From positions 1-59,398 of IMG/VR virus record IMGVR_UViG_3300005254_000005: a stretch of DNA of 59,398 nt, one strand, 5' to 3'. Every line of letters begins with the position of its first letter. The stretch's first letter is position 1. The notes under the pieces were generated by a model. That model was not told the origin of the DNA, did not search any database, and was given only the letters and a program-made list of their open reading frames with translations. A program made the position numbers and the translations under genes. Below are positions 59,280 to 59,398 of this stretch, one piece after another. The DNA comes from a virus. Its lineage: Duplodnaviria; Caudoviricetes.

Positions 59280-59356
59280 TGGTCGGGACGCGGGGATTTG
59301 AACCCCGGACCCCCTGAACCCCATTCAGGTGCGCTTCCAGGCTGCGCCACGTCCCG
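59280..59356 (-). tRNA. tRNA-Pro(GGG), probable integration site
   Basis: CGGGACG...CCTGA-AT-GGG-GT-TCAGG...GGTTCAAATCC...CGTCCCG-A-CCA, 77 nt. Confidence 0.96.
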
Positions 59357-59369
59357 TATAATGGCTTCT

Positions 59370-59397
59370 ATTTTATAACACCCGCCCCCTTTGTCAA
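59370..59397 (-). promoter_or_regulatory. tRNA promoter TTGACA-N16-TAAAAT
   Basis: Immediately upstream of tRNA 5' end. Confidence 0.65.
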
Positions 59398-59398
59398 G

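Noticed and set aside
59280-59330. Second att copy within the window
   Set aside because: No duplicate of the tRNA 3' end noticed; the other prophage end is probably beyond position 1

Overview
The window is almost entirely one temperate tailed-phage genome (prophage). Its right end is a tyrosine integrase whose stop codon lies 2 bp from the CCA end of an intact tRNA-Pro(GGG); the left end runs out of the window inside a tail-fibre gene. Layout: lysis/tail/head genes on the minus strand (1-17.9 kb); a divergent TerS-TerL-portal unit on the plus strand (18.0-24.1 kb); many small early/accessory genes on the minus strand (24-40 kb, including SSB, NADAR, a SLOG protein, a PRTase and Gp37/Gp68); about 3 kb of repeat-rich, largely non-coding DNA (40-43 kb, candidate origin or terminus); primase-helicase, a cro/cI-like switch, recombination genes (Cas4-like nuclease, RecD2), a radical SAM gene and the integrase. 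Best candidate for a new system: TerL carries two inteins. The first has no in-frame endonuclease. Instead, a complete HNH + 4xHTH gene is nested on the opposite strand inside the intein coding sequence, with its own Shine-Dalgarno and a candidate promoter, while the plus-strand frame stays open. Second highlight: no long tape-measure gene is visible; its syntenic slot holds four 69-82 aa paralogues that look like tape-measure N- and C-termini with the middle removed. All product calls come from motif recognition and synteny only; no database searches were run.
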